IMG/VR virus record: IMGVR_UViG_3300006931_000005
Coordinates: 9,725 to 73,724 of that record
Source of the DNA: a virus
Direction: 5' to 3' (one strand)
Length of the DNA: 64,000 bases
A program made the translations under genes and the position numbers. Positions within the stretch are counted from its first letter, which is position 1; each line of letters starts with the position of its first letter. Below the pieces are notes generated by a model, which was given only the letters and a program-made list of their open reading frames with translations, was not told the DNA's origin and searched no databases. Shown here piece after piece: positions 9,701 through 17,802 of this stretch.

Positions 9701-12700
9701 CTCACCGTTTACGAAAATCTCATCAAGAAGGCCGGGTACATCGGATACTACAACACCGATTATGCGGTGGCCGCGCTGTTCGACAAGGTGCGCGTCCCGG
9801 CCCGCGTTTCAATCATTCACTCGGTTGAAAATTTCAAGCCCGCCACACACAAGGACATGACGCCGGAGGAGCTGCTGACATCGGCGCAACAGGTGCGGAT
9901 CAAGGCTCCTTCCGGGACTACCGCATTGCGTGTGATCGACTCGAACGGCAACACCGTGATTCATAACCTGTCGAAATTCTCGACCAGAAATCCGCTGTTC
10001 AACAAGGATGTGGTGCGTGTCAGCCCGGTATCGGTGAAAACCAGTGGCGTGTACAAGAACCATCCGATCCCAGTGAAAGGGCCAGTGCGCGTCGAGCCGA
10101 CGGCGATGTTTTCGGTGCCGAAGAAAAAAGAATTTTTAGATGCGGGCGAGGAATCTCGCAATCCAAGACCTAATGCTACGACATTGCCGACTCCACCGAC
10201 AGGGGGGCTTAAAGAAATCGGAGATCGTACCGCATCTAAGTTTAATTACGATAAAAACGTGCTGGATGAAAATGGCGCGATGAAGCGATTTTATCACGGA
10301 ACAGGAAAATCGGATCAATTAGTAAAATCTGGAGGATTTAGCTATGAAAAAGCCAGCGACGAATCACTGTATGGAAAAGGATTATATTTCACTGAAAATC
10401 CTGAAATTGCTGGAGGAACAGTCGTAGGCGCTGATTTGGTAAAACGCGGATATGCTGGCAGCTCTGGTGCTGTCATTCCGGTCAACATCAATGCCAAAAA
10501 TCTTTTTGATGATTCGGTCGGTATTCCGAAGCAGCAAGCCGAAAAGCTGGTGCTAAAATATATTGATAAAAACGGTGAAAACGATGTCCAGCTTAACGGC
10601 AAGTATGGATCATTCGCCGCCGCAAAACCGGTAATTAAAGCGCGTGAATCAATAGATAATTCGTTTCGAGAATTGATTGATGATTTGGCGCAAGAAAAAT
10701 CAATTCGGGATTTAGTTAAAAAATATGTTCCAGCCGGAAGTTTATCTGGAAGCCAGACCATAAAAGATCGTTTGAGCTGGGCTTTTGGTCGGCGCAGTAT
10801 CCATAACTCAATCGCGTCTGAACAGGATAAGTCGGCTGGTGGAATACGGGCTGAATCAACAGGTGATATTAAGCAAAAAATTTACCAACTCGATGATCTT
10901 GAAAAGCAAAGCAATGCTCTTGATCGTCAAATTTCAGAGGCGATGGGGCAGGTTGGTAAGTATTCTGACTTTGTAAAAAAAGTAATTGAAAATGTTGATG
11001 GCCCTGTGAAATACGGCGATCTTACAGATATTTTTTTACAGGACAAAAACGAGGTCAATAATTTTTTAAGAAATTCTGGATACGATGGGATTACTCATAT
11101 TGGAGGAACTATCACAGGTAGCGATCCACATCGCGTTGTAATTGTTTTCGATCCGAAGCAGATTCGCTTTGCGATTGGCGCAGATCAGCCTTTCTTTTCA
11201 GTTCCAAAAAATTCATCTCAAGAGCTGAAAAAATTTCCGCGCACAGCCATCGACATTCTGATGGACGAATCGGTAATCAATCCGGTGCGTCCGAAGCAGG
11301 TTGCCGAATTCGATCTCATGGGCGATGACGAGGCCGCAGGATCGACCAGCTTCTCCCGCGTGTTCGCGGTTGCCGACCACCTTTCCCGCCGATCCGCGCA
11401 GCTTGGCGGTGGAGCCCTGCACGAGCTCAACGACACAAACGCCGAGACGCTGGCAAACACTGTGGCGAACGAGGCGGAGTACGCGATCAACCGCGATCCG
11501 AAGGCGATTGGCTGGTACGACCGCGAAATGAAGGCGGCGATGGGCCAGATTTTTAACCGGCACCCGGAGCTGAAGAAAGATCGCGGCCTGCAATCCGTTT
11601 TCAAATCCATTCTGGCGATCACCAACAACGGCCAGAATGTTTTTGCGAATTTCGCGCAGGCGGACAAGCTTTACACGGATTGGCGCACGGCGGGCAAGGT
11701 GCCGGACGAGGAGAACTGGGGCGGCAAGAGTAAGGGCGCGATCAACGACGGCCTGAAGATGCTCAACCTGCTCATCGAGAAGCTGGGCACCGCGAATCTG
11801 GAAAAGTTTTTGGCCAAGGAATTCAAGGTTGGCGATCTCAAGAGGGCTGGATTCGACATCAGTTCTGAAAACACCGAGCACATGGCGCACGGCTCGCTGA
11901 TCTACGGCCCGAAGGTCGGCGGCGGATTCTATCAAAACCTGATCGGCAACCTGAATCCGATCACGATGGATATGTGGCTCATGCGGACGATCAACCGTAT
12001 GCGCGGCACGCTCACCGAGCCCAGCCTCACGGCGCTCCCGGATCAGATCGACCGGTTCATCAAGTCGATGAAGAAGCAGCCGGACAGCGAGGCGATTATC
12101 GCGGATGCCAAGCGCGTGAAGCAGCAGATTTTGGACGGCACGCTCGACGTGAACAAGGAGAAGGATGCTCCGGGTGTGATGCTGACCGCCGCCAAGAATT
12201 TGTACGACGATTACCGCAACAGCGGGTTCGTAAAGCGGACGGAGCTCAACCGCAGCTCGAAGCTGATCGCCGAGGAATTTTTCGGCATCAACGAAGCGCC
12301 GACTTCGGCGTCCGAGCGTGATTTCATCCGCAATGTTTTCGTCCGGGCGCAGGAGAAGTTGAAAGCGAAAAAAATCGACATCACGAACGCCGACCTGCAA
12401 GCCGTTCTGTGGTATCTTGAGAAGGATATTTATGGAAAACTTGGAGCAACCGACCGCCGATCCGCGCCCGCCAGCTACTCGGACGCCGCCGCAGCCCTCA
12501 ACCGAAAACAGCTCGGACTTTTCGATGAAGAACAAGGACGATCAGGCGATCTTCGAGGAGCTGAATCCGCTGGCCCGGAGATCAATCGCTTCGGTGAAGC
12601 TGGCAAGCAGCTTACTGGCGCACAGGCGCTCAAGCGGGTCTCCGTCCAAGAAGCGGAGCCTGTACCGCAGTTCTCGGTGACGAAGAAGCTGAAGTTTTAC

Positions 12701-15700
12701 GAAGGCAAACGCTTCGGTGACGTGAAGGACGAGGTGGTGCCGGAAGTTCCGCCGTTTCATCCGCTCGGCGTCGAACAATTCAAGCAGGCCCGCGACAGCA
12801 TCGTGAACCTCGCGCACACGACCGGCGCGATCCAAGCGCGTGGTATGCGGATCAACTTCGCCAACCCTGATCCGGTCACGGCCAAGCGCCTTGGCGTTGA
12901 CCAGAACAGCATGGTGGCCCGCGCCATCCACGCGATCTCAAATTCCGACCGGCGCACGGCGAACGAAAACAAGGTGCTGCTCGCCGACAACATTTTGAAC
13001 ACGGTGAAGCAGGCTGATTTCGTCACCAAGATTCAACGTGATTCAACGGACGGTGATAATGTCGGCCAGTACGGTACGGCATTCATCAAGGCTTACGATA
13101 TTGACGGCAAGAAGGTCTGGCACCTTGTCCAAGTGGACGGCAATGGTGATTTTATCACGCAATTTTCTTGGCCGGATACGGAAGCTGAAAATGGACGGGT
13201 GATGCGGTCGCAGATTGTGCAGGTTGGTCAGCGGGTTGGTGGTTTGCTAGAGTCGAAGGTTAATCCGCAGGCCGAAGCCCCGACGCCTTCTAATTTCGCT
13301 CCGCCAACCGCTGACCAAGGTGAGATTGCCACATCTGGCAAAGAGGCGCAACCTCAATTTTCAGTAGCCAAGGAGGAGAAGCGGGCGCAGGTCGGCGGCA
13401 TCCCTGAAGTCGGTCAGGTGCGCGATACCGAATCCATTTCCGACAACCAAGCGCACATCCGCGAGCGCCTGTTCGACGGCACGCAGCCTGTTTCTGACGA
13501 GAACACATCCGCCGCGTGGCAGGTATTCGACGAGATGACGGGCAACAACCGCTCCCAGATCGCCGGGCAGTTGAAAGACGCCTTTGGCGGATCGCGGCTG
13601 CTCCTTGGCCTATATAAAGGCGAGGTCTGGAAGTACGCCCGCAAGCTGGCGGTCAACGGTGACGATTCGCTGCTGCGGGCGATGTACGATCACAGCGAAC
13701 AGTTTGAGACCCTTGCCGGTGGTGGCGCATCAACCGCTGGCTCCGCGCTCCGGGCCGAGGCCGAGAATGCAAACGATCCGGTCAACCGGGCACTCCAGTC
13801 CGCCTACGAGACCGAGCGCGAAAATGCGGCCCAGTCCGCCTCCGGCATCGACCGCGAGACCTTCACCGGACTGCTCAAGCGCCTGCGTAGCCTGAAGCTG
13901 ACGCCGGACGAGGTTGAGAAGGTGGTCAAGGAGGGCAAGCTGCCGGACGGCAAAACCCTCGAAGAAGCTTTGGACGAGCTTACGCCGGAATCGAAGGAGG
14001 CCATGGCGTTGCTCGACAAGTATCAGCGTTCGCAGACGGAATGGCTGAAGCCGGACGTGAAGAAGTCGATCATCCGCGTGATCGTGGACGCCGCCATCGG
14101 CGAGAACAAGCTGGCGCGTTACGACGAGAAGGATTTTCAGGATCGGTTGTCCACCCGGCTGCAAGAAGCCACGGTGCCGAAGGAAGTCGCCGACCAGCTC
14201 GCGTTCGAGGTGTGGAAAGACAAGGCTGCACGCGAGGCCACCAAGACCGACAAGGCTGTCAAGGCGGATGCCGCGTTCGAGCAGAACCGGGCGCAGGCCA
14301 TTCTCGACAAATTGCAATCTGACCAGACCGAAGTGTTCAGTCAGGCCCGGCGCTCGAAGGTTGCTGACATCGTTAAGGCGTTTTACAAAAACCCTGCGGC
14401 GTCCGAAGAAGTGCGAGCCCAGCAGATCGCGCAGCTCGAAAAAGATTTGGTTAATGAGACCGTGAAACCCGCAACGGCCAAGGAGCTGGCGCGGGAAGCT
14501 GGCCAGCGCAAGCTGGTGCTCGAAGCAAACGACCGGCTGGCGCAGGAGAAGGTCACGGCCAACGAAGCGCAGCAGACCGCTGAACGCGAGCTCGCAAAAT
14601 TCGAGGAGAAAAACTCCGGTGTCGAATGGCTGAAGGAAAAAGGCAAACGCGATCAGGTGCTTCAGGCGATTGCCGATGCGCTGAAGTCGAAGTCGCCGAT
14701 CCTCGATGATCCGACACCGCTGGTGAACGAGACCAAGGCGAAGCTCACTGCGCTCGGCGTAGATGAGGCCACGGCGGGCAAGCTGGCTTTCGAGATCGAG
14801 ACCGTCCGGCGCACGCAGTTCGCCAACAGCCGCGTGAAGGCGATGGAAAATGCCGCCAAATCTAAAAGCCTGCGGTCGCTCATCGAATCTATCCTCGAAA
14901 CCCCGTACCGCGCCCAGTCCGACCCGAAATGGCTGCATGAAACTGCTGTCCGCTGGTTCGAGTCGAACGGTCTCGGCAAGGATCAGGCTGAAGCCGCCGC
15001 CCGGCTGTTCGACAAGGAGTTTAAAGAGGCGTTGGCGCAGGCCAGCACCAAGGTTGCCGAGGCTGAACTGAAGAAAAAAGTATCGCCCCGCACTTACGAT
15101 GATCTGGAGCGGTTGATCCGGGCCGGAATTTTCGACCCGGACAAAAACTGGATCGACCAGCTCGCGGCGAAGAACGGCTGGAAGAAGCCATCGCGTGACC
15201 AGATGCTCAAATTGCAGGAATTGGAGCACAAGCTTTCCGATCCTGAATTGTCACCCGAAGAAGTGCGCGACATCCAAGAGCAGCAGATGCACGTCCTGCG
15301 TCACGTCGGCAAAAAAAGGGGCCAGACCCTCCGGGCGCTCGGCGAATCGTTCACTGCCTCGCTGCTGTCCGGCATCCGCACGCTTACCGTGCAGACCTCG
15401 CCGACGGTCATGGCCCTCCGCGATCTGCCGATCATGGCGCTGTCCGATCCGAAGAACGCGATGAATTTTGCGAAGGCGATGTACAACTCCTTCAAGGCAA
15501 ATGCGGTCGCGGCGTTCAAATTCGCGTGGATGAAGGACGCCTACGGTTTTCACTTGAGCGAGCTGGAGCACGGCTTCAACGAGATGAAGCGCATCTCCGA
15601 GGAGACGGATCAGGTGGTCAACTCAAAGACCTCGACGCCGGTTGCCAAGGCGCTCGCGTACACCAAGAAGCTCTACGCGCTCCAGCGTTTTGTTTTCCGC

Positions 15701-17515
15701 AACCTGAATTCCATCGACCAAGCTTCGATGGCTGTCACCCGCGAATGGAAGCTGGCGTATTATTCCGCTTCTGCGTTCAAAGAAGCCGGGCTGACGAACA
15801 CGGACATTTCGCAGTTGATCGACCACATCGAGATGCTGCGTAAAAACGAATTCGAGAAAGCCATCGACGCCGGGCTGGATGCGAACACGGCCAAGGTGCG
15901 GGCCAACAGCCGGGTCGCGGATTCCGTCTGGGATTTCGTGAATAACAAGACCGGTCGCAGCGATCTTGCGGATCAGGTTATCAAGGCTACCGAGAACGAC
16001 GTGTACTCCACCGTCGGTCGTGTGCCGCACGGCTTGAATTCAACGGATGAAGGCTTCCTGACCCGGTTCTCCGGCTTTAATCATTTCCTGCAATTCGTGT
16101 CCAAGGTTCGCGGCGAAGGCGGGCTCCAGAACATCGGCACCACGGCGCTGATCGGCATGATTAACATTCCATTCCGCACGACCCGTTATTTTTCTGACTT
16201 CTCGCCCTACGGCCTGCTGCGCTACGGTATCTACAAGTACCGGCTGAATCGCGGCAAGGAAAACTTCTGGAAACAGACGTATGGCAACGCGCTTCAGGCT
16301 CGCGCCCGGCTGTACTCCGCGCTCGCGGGCACCGTTGCCATGGCCGCAGCGACCGCATGGGCGCTCAAGAGCAACACGGCGGACGACAAGGCTGGTGACG
16401 AGGACTTCGGCCTGTACATCACCGGCAAGGGGCCGAACAACAAGGTGCTGGCCGATGCGTGGGTCAAGCGTGGATTCAAGCAGTATTCGGCAAACTTTGT
16501 TTTCGGTGGCCACATCGTTGCGATTCCGCTGACCCGTGCGGGCGAAGCCCTGATGATGCCCTTCATCCTGCCCGCCGCGCTCGATGACTATGCGTGGAAA
16601 TCGAAAGAGGCGGAAGCGGGCGGTCATCCGATCAAGACTCCGATTTCATCCGCCACTGCATCACTGATCGGCGAGGCAATGTACATGACCGGCCAGTCAG
16701 GTATCCTCCAGACTTTTGGCCAGCTCCAGCAGGCGACTGAAAACGGCGGCAGCTTGGGCAAGGCGGCGGTCAAGGTCGGTGTGAGCGCGGCATCATCGAC
16801 GGTGTTACCCTTCCGCCAGCTCCTCGCGTCCGTGAGCGAAATGCTTTTCGGAAGCATGGATAATTCAAGCATCAGCTCGCTGATCGCAAACCAGTTTCCA
16901 ATCGTGGGCCTGCCGTTTCAGAATCCGGCTGTCAACCGCTTTGGTGATCCGATGTACGACCGTAGCTGGTACGGTCTGATCGCCCGCACTGGCGTTCCCA
17001 TCGCTTTTCAGATTTCGCGTTCGCCGGAAAATGAGCGGTTGTACACGACGCTCGTGGAAAAAGGAATTTCGCCACCGCCGCTGAATCGCTCCGATCTTGA
17101 ATCGAAGTACGGCGACATGACCGATCAGCAGTTCAAGCAGTTTGCTACCGTTTCAGGTCAGGCGTTGAAGCAGGCAATCACAAAGAATCTTCCCGACCTT
17201 CAGGGCATGAGCTCGGTGGACGCGAAGAACCTGATGTTCAAGCTGGCGATGCAGGCGAACGCTCAAGCGGCCATGGCCATTGGCGTGGCTCCGCAGCCCG
17301 CAGCCGGTCAGACTGCCGCCGCAGGGTCGGCTGGTGCCGCGCCGTCGAAACAGAAAAAGGCGAAGCTTTCCAAGGCGTCTAAATCAGTCCGGTCGCTTTA
17401 CAAGCTGCCGAAGATGAGCCTGTCTCCGGTCGGTAAGAAATCTCACAAATCGACCACGGCCCGGCGCGGTGGATCGCTCTACGGCGTGCAGCCACGCCAC
17501 CTCTACGGCACCTGA
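6737..17515 (+). CDS. giant polyvalent ejected virion protein (3592 aa): HExxH peptidase-like, HDxxGH domain, two ADP-ribosyltransferase-like modules, HhH glycosylase-like, BECR-like nuclease, helical C-terminus
   Basis: THESTH; RAVHDLFGH..F..RGEENAW; LTHWS..RSYFG; FYHGT..YGKGLYFT..GYDGI..VVIVFDPKQIR; GWY..GPKVG..ITMDMW..LQAVLW; modules joined by FSVxK. Confidence 0.85.
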   Translation: MKQDDFGGIALDDPQSSDEFGGVPLAPSTSTDEFGGAPLTSPAPIQVPAQSQPMPEPIPFKNPDIIAPAPEAPSIPGVLARSAARNVLPTAGFIAAAPVGRLAGAAAGARTGALLGALVPGLGETGVSEGVGAVIGGLIGMFATGTAAATATKALQTGAADYVAPDSFLGTKSEQADMAAHPIASELGSLAVIGKPNPFNIIRAARTIGSDTGRAALADLLKTGATKGGYQEWAKTYSPEVQKSAVNVLNVAQAGGINAAFNVYDQIKSGNYSAGDLLRSAAEGALFNEPWIHAKNPATDSFDSALTPEQATEANKNLRALSPYPETGTPTNISKGIVAVPVGQRTHIIQVNGQDAAVLKHVDGADFQKAQDDAGASGWDGYFLKKDPESGNPTIYINMDHLNRQDSLFTHESTHLLEAMGLINQQQMDAVNTTYGQIKVKDADGNELPIAQEVANRYAKFNQDNSRPDQTPEDFQRELFANILQHWHETGTAPKDTFIKRAIDFISGIAGLDKSGEQHARDYIAGRFEKAPEEAGAPATADLVPAGAASAAPLPNLAFDKNPVPSQATGDVRQAEERAGAGVPPPAEGVEAGRPAVGAPPARPGAEPNAAVQQAANAYNEAVGLGPTQPHYVPVDEARARQIAAEYEKLPKTDQSPQTLASYEQLGKEIQQQWDYARNKMGITFEAWTKEGQPYANSREMVKDVRDNHHLYFFTGGDEHPLLNVKDADGLTLNDKLRAVHDLFGHAAEDFQFGARGEENAWIKHSQMFTPLAQKALTTETRGQNSWVNYGPHNYEATGARRNIKPQDRPFADQKVALLPDWVHDWKGPLNENQKAQFSVPKQAPDFTDLQWWKRDKSEPDAGARESGAPRTIAGNPRELAPGERDGKVTLTHWSNFDLHGKAIDPNFYGSGYAGEEKGRRVFKKSWLNRSYFGMKGYVKEGGLGRFKHSVTVDVNKLYDLKNDPDRLGEKVGAISDRLYPKGGTQADLTVYENLIKKAGYIGYYNTDYAVAALFDKVRVPARVSIIHSVENFKPATHKDMTPEELLTSAQQVRIKAPSGTTALRVIDSNGNTVIHNLSKFSTRNPLFNKDVVRVSPVSVKTSGVYKNHPIPVKGPVRVEPTAMFSVPKKKEFLDAGEESRNPRPNATTLPTPPTGGLKEIGDRTASKFNYDKNVLDENGAMKRFYHGTGKSDQLVKSGGFSYEKASDESLYGKGLYFTENPEIAGGTVVGADLVKRGYAGSSGAVIPVNINAKNLFDDSVGIPKQQAEKLVLKYIDKNGENDVQLNGKYGSFAAAKPVIKARESIDNSFRELIDDLAQEKSIRDLVKKYVPAGSLSGSQTIKDRLSWAFGRRSIHNSIASEQDKSAGGIRAESTGDIKQKIYQLDDLEKQSNALDRQISEAMGQVGKYSDFVKKVIENVDGPVKYGDLTDIFLQDKNEVNNFLRNSGYDGITHIGGTITGSDPHRVVIVFDPKQIRFAIGADQPFFSVPKNSSQELKKFPRTAIDILMDESVINPVRPKQVAEFDLMGDDEAAGSTSFSRVFAVADHLSRRSAQLGGGALHELNDTNAETLANTVANEAEYAINRDPKAIGWYDREMKAAMGQIFNRHPELKKDRGLQSVFKSILAITNNGQNVFANFAQADKLYTDWRTAGKVPDEENWGGKSKGAINDGLKMLNLLIEKLGTANLEKFLAKEFKVGDLKRAGFDISSENTEHMAHGSLIYGPKVGGGFYQNLIGNLNPITMDMWLMRTINRMRGTLTEPSLTALPDQIDRFIKSMKKQPDSEAIIADAKRVKQQILDGTLDVNKEKDAPGVMLTAAKNLYDDYRNSGFVKRTELNRSSKLIAEEFFGINEAPTSASERDFIRNVFVRAQEKLKAKKIDITNADLQAVLWYLEKDIYGKLGATDRRSAPASYSDAAAALNRKQLGLFDEEQGRSGDLRGAESAGPEINRFGEAGKQLTGAQALKRVSVQEAEPVPQFSVTKKLKFYEGKRFGDVKDEVVPEVPPFHPLGVEQFKQARDSIVNLAHTTGAIQARGMRINFANPDPVTAKRLGVDQNSMVARAIHAISNSDRRTANENKVLLADNILNTVKQADFVTKIQRDSTDGDNVGQYGTAFIKAYDIDGKKVWHLVQVDGNGDFITQFSWPDTEAENGRVMRSQIVQVGQRVGGLLESKVNPQAEAPTPSNFAPPTADQGEIATSGKEAQPQFSVAKEEKRAQVGGIPEVGQVRDTESISDNQAHIRERLFDGTQPVSDENTSAAWQVFDEMTGNNRSQIAGQLKDAFGGSRLLLGLYKGEVWKYARKLAVNGDDSLLRAMYDHSEQFETLAGGGASTAGSALRAEAENANDPVNRALQSAYETERENAAQSASGIDRETFTGLLKRLRSLKLTPDEVEKVVKEGKLPDGKTLEEALDELTPESKEAMALLDKYQRSQTEWLKPDVKKSIIRVIVDAAIGENKLARYDEKDFQDRLSTRLQEATVPKEVADQLAFEVWKDKAAREATKTDKAVKADAAFEQNRAQAILDKLQSDQTEVFSQARRSKVADIVKAFYKNPAASEEVRAQQIAQLEKDLVNETVKPATAKELAREAGQRKLVLEANDRLAQEKVTANEAQQTAERELAKFEEKNSGVEWLKEKGKRDQVLQAIADALKSKSPILDDPTPLVNETKAKLTALGVDEATAGKLAFEIETVRRTQFANSRVKAMENAAKSKSLRSLIESILETPYRAQSDPKWLHETAVRWFESNGLGKDQAEAAARLFDKEFKEALAQASTKVAEAELKKKVSPRTYDDLERLIRAGIFDPDKNWIDQLAAKNGWKKPSRDQMLKLQELEHKLSDPELSPEEVRDIQEQQMHVLRHVGKKRGQTLRALGESFTASLLSGIRTLTVQTSPTVMALRDLPIMALSDPKNAMNFAKAMYNSFKANAVAAFKFAWMKDAYGFHLSELEHGFNEMKRISEETDQVVNSKTSTPVAKALAYTKKLYALQRFVFRNLNSIDQASMAVTREWKLAYYSASAFKEAGLTNTDISQLIDHIEMLRKNEFEKAIDAGLDANTAKVRANSRVADSVWDFVNNKTGRSDLADQVIKATENDVYSTVGRVPHGLNSTDEGFLTRFSGFNHFLQFVSKVRGEGGLQNIGTTALIGMINIPFRTTRYFSDFSPYGLLRYGIYKYRLNRGKENFWKQTYGNALQARARLYSALAGTVAMAAATAWALKSNTADDKAGDEDFGLYITGKGPNNKVLADAWVKRGFKQYSANFVFGGHIVAIPLTRAGEALMMPFILPAALDDYAWKSKEAEAGGHPIKTPISSATASLIGEAMYMTGQSGILQTFGQLQQATENGGSLGKAAVKVGVSAASSTVLPFRQLLASVSEMLFGSMDNSSISSLIANQFPIVGLPFQNPAVNRFGDPMYDRSWYGLIARTGVPIAFQISRSPENERLYTTLVEKGISPPPLNRSDLESKYGDMTDQQFKQFATVSGQALKQAITKNLPDLQGMSSVDAKNLMFKLAMQANAQAAMAIGVAPQPAAGQTAAAGSAGAAPSKQKKAKLSKASKSVRSLYKLPKMSLSPVGKKSHKSTTARRGGSLYGVQPRHLYGT
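8397..8440 (+). promoter_or_regulatory. internal operator plus promoter inside the giant gene
   Basis: TGCCA-AATT-TGGCA (8397-8410), then TTGACA(8412)-17-CAGGCT(8435); ATG at 8448. Confidence 0.55.
8448..8606 (+). CDS. nested +1-frame micro-protein (52 aa, MSDKPKNEQEPEYHRPPKGWKPG...)
   Basis: Own promoter; G/C third-position bias moves to this frame. Confidence 0.5.
   Translation: MSDKPKNEQEPEYHRPPKGWKPGGPPLVLRPPAPVPSPTPPSSKPPMPTTKP
9228..9404 (+). CDS. nested +1-frame micro-protein (58 aa, ...MQALVNLALQELSQVIP...)
   Basis: Spans first FSVPK linker; G/C third-position bias in this frame over its second half. Confidence 0.42.
   Translation: MKTKKHSSASRNKRPISPTSSGGSVTNPNRMQALVNLALQELSQVIPASSPPANATAK
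12525..12680 (+). CDS. nested +1-frame micro-protein (51 aa, MKNKDDQAIFEELNPLARR...)
   Basis: Giant frame has atypical A/T-ending codons here (GAA CAA GGA CGA TCA) while +1 frame reads AAG AAC AAG GAC GAT CAG GCG ATC TTC GAG GAG CTG. Confidence 0.52.
   Translation: MKNKDDQAIFEELNPLARRSIASVKLASSLLAHRRSSGSPSKKRSLYRSSR
13226..13316 (-). ncRNA. antisense structured RNA embedded in the giant gene
   Basis: Long closing stem GGUCAGCGGUUGGCGG/CCACCAACCCGCUGACC; GGC-UUCG-GCC hairpin on minus strand; 5' G follows a -10 box by 6 nt. Confidence 0.6.
13323..13351 (-). promoter_or_regulatory. antisense promoter with operator
   Basis: TTGCGC-17-CAATCT; TCTTTGCCAGATGTGGCA is 17/18 identical to the tRNA-cluster promoter. 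Confidence 0.6.
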
Positions 17516-17525
17516 AAATTCCCTG

Positions 17526-17553
17526 TTGACTTCTTTGCCAGATTTGGCATTGT
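17526..17553 (+). promoter_or_regulatory. promoter with TGCCA-N4-TGGCA operator
   Basis: TTGACT-16-CATTGT with TG extension; palindrome at 17536-17549. Confidence 0.6.
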
Positions 17554-17559
17554 TACTTC

Positions 17560-17630
17560 GTGGCCCGAATAACGGAGCGTTACCGTAACGGCGAAGTCCT
17601 CTGGATGGAGCGTGCAAGAGCAGAGGCCAC
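17560..17630 (+). ncRNA. unknown structured RNA at predicted transcription start
   Basis: GTGGCC/GGCCAC closing stem; CGTTA/TAACG hairpin; alternative CCTCTG/CAGAGG pairing. Confidence 0.4.
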
Positions 17631-17633
17631 GAC

Positions 17634-17707
17634 GCGGAAGTAGCTCAATGGTAGAGCCGCCGTTTTCCAAACGGCACACGAGAGTTCGATTCTCTCTTTC
17701 CGCTCCA
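17634..17707 (+). tRNA. tRNA-Gly(TCC)
   Basis: GCGGAAG/TTTCCGC acceptor, GCTC/GAGC D arm, GCCGT-TTTCCAA-ACGGC, GAGAG-TTCGATT-CTCTC, U73 and encoded CCA. Confidence 0.96.
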
Positions 17708-17802
17708 ATTACCGAGTGCCGGAATCAGATTCCGTCAGCCTAGTTGCATGGGCGCATTGCATCCGCAGCGGTGGGCGAATTCCACCGCACGATTTGCAGA
17801 GC

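Noticed and set aside
10785-10976. Another +1-frame ORF inside the ART module
   Set aside because: TTG start, no promoter or clear codon-bias shift, and it lies inside a domain rather than at an FSV linker
3601-16627. Many long antisense ORFs (e.g. 3601-4713, 7973-9208, 11213-12535, 13730-15229)
   Set aside because: In-register shadows of GC3-biased sense genes, with no RBS or motifs. The same applies to 29167-30303, 31335-33008, 33400-34605 and 57425-58738.
17560-17630. Possible hammerhead or twister ribozyme upstream of tRNA-Gly
   Set aside because: CTGGATGGAG and CGAAG only resemble the cores and the stems are not in the required order; kept as an unknown RNA
17708-17790. Theta (HDV-like) ribozyme after the tRNA
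   Set aside because: The tRNA already encodes CCA and no nested double pseudoknot could be built
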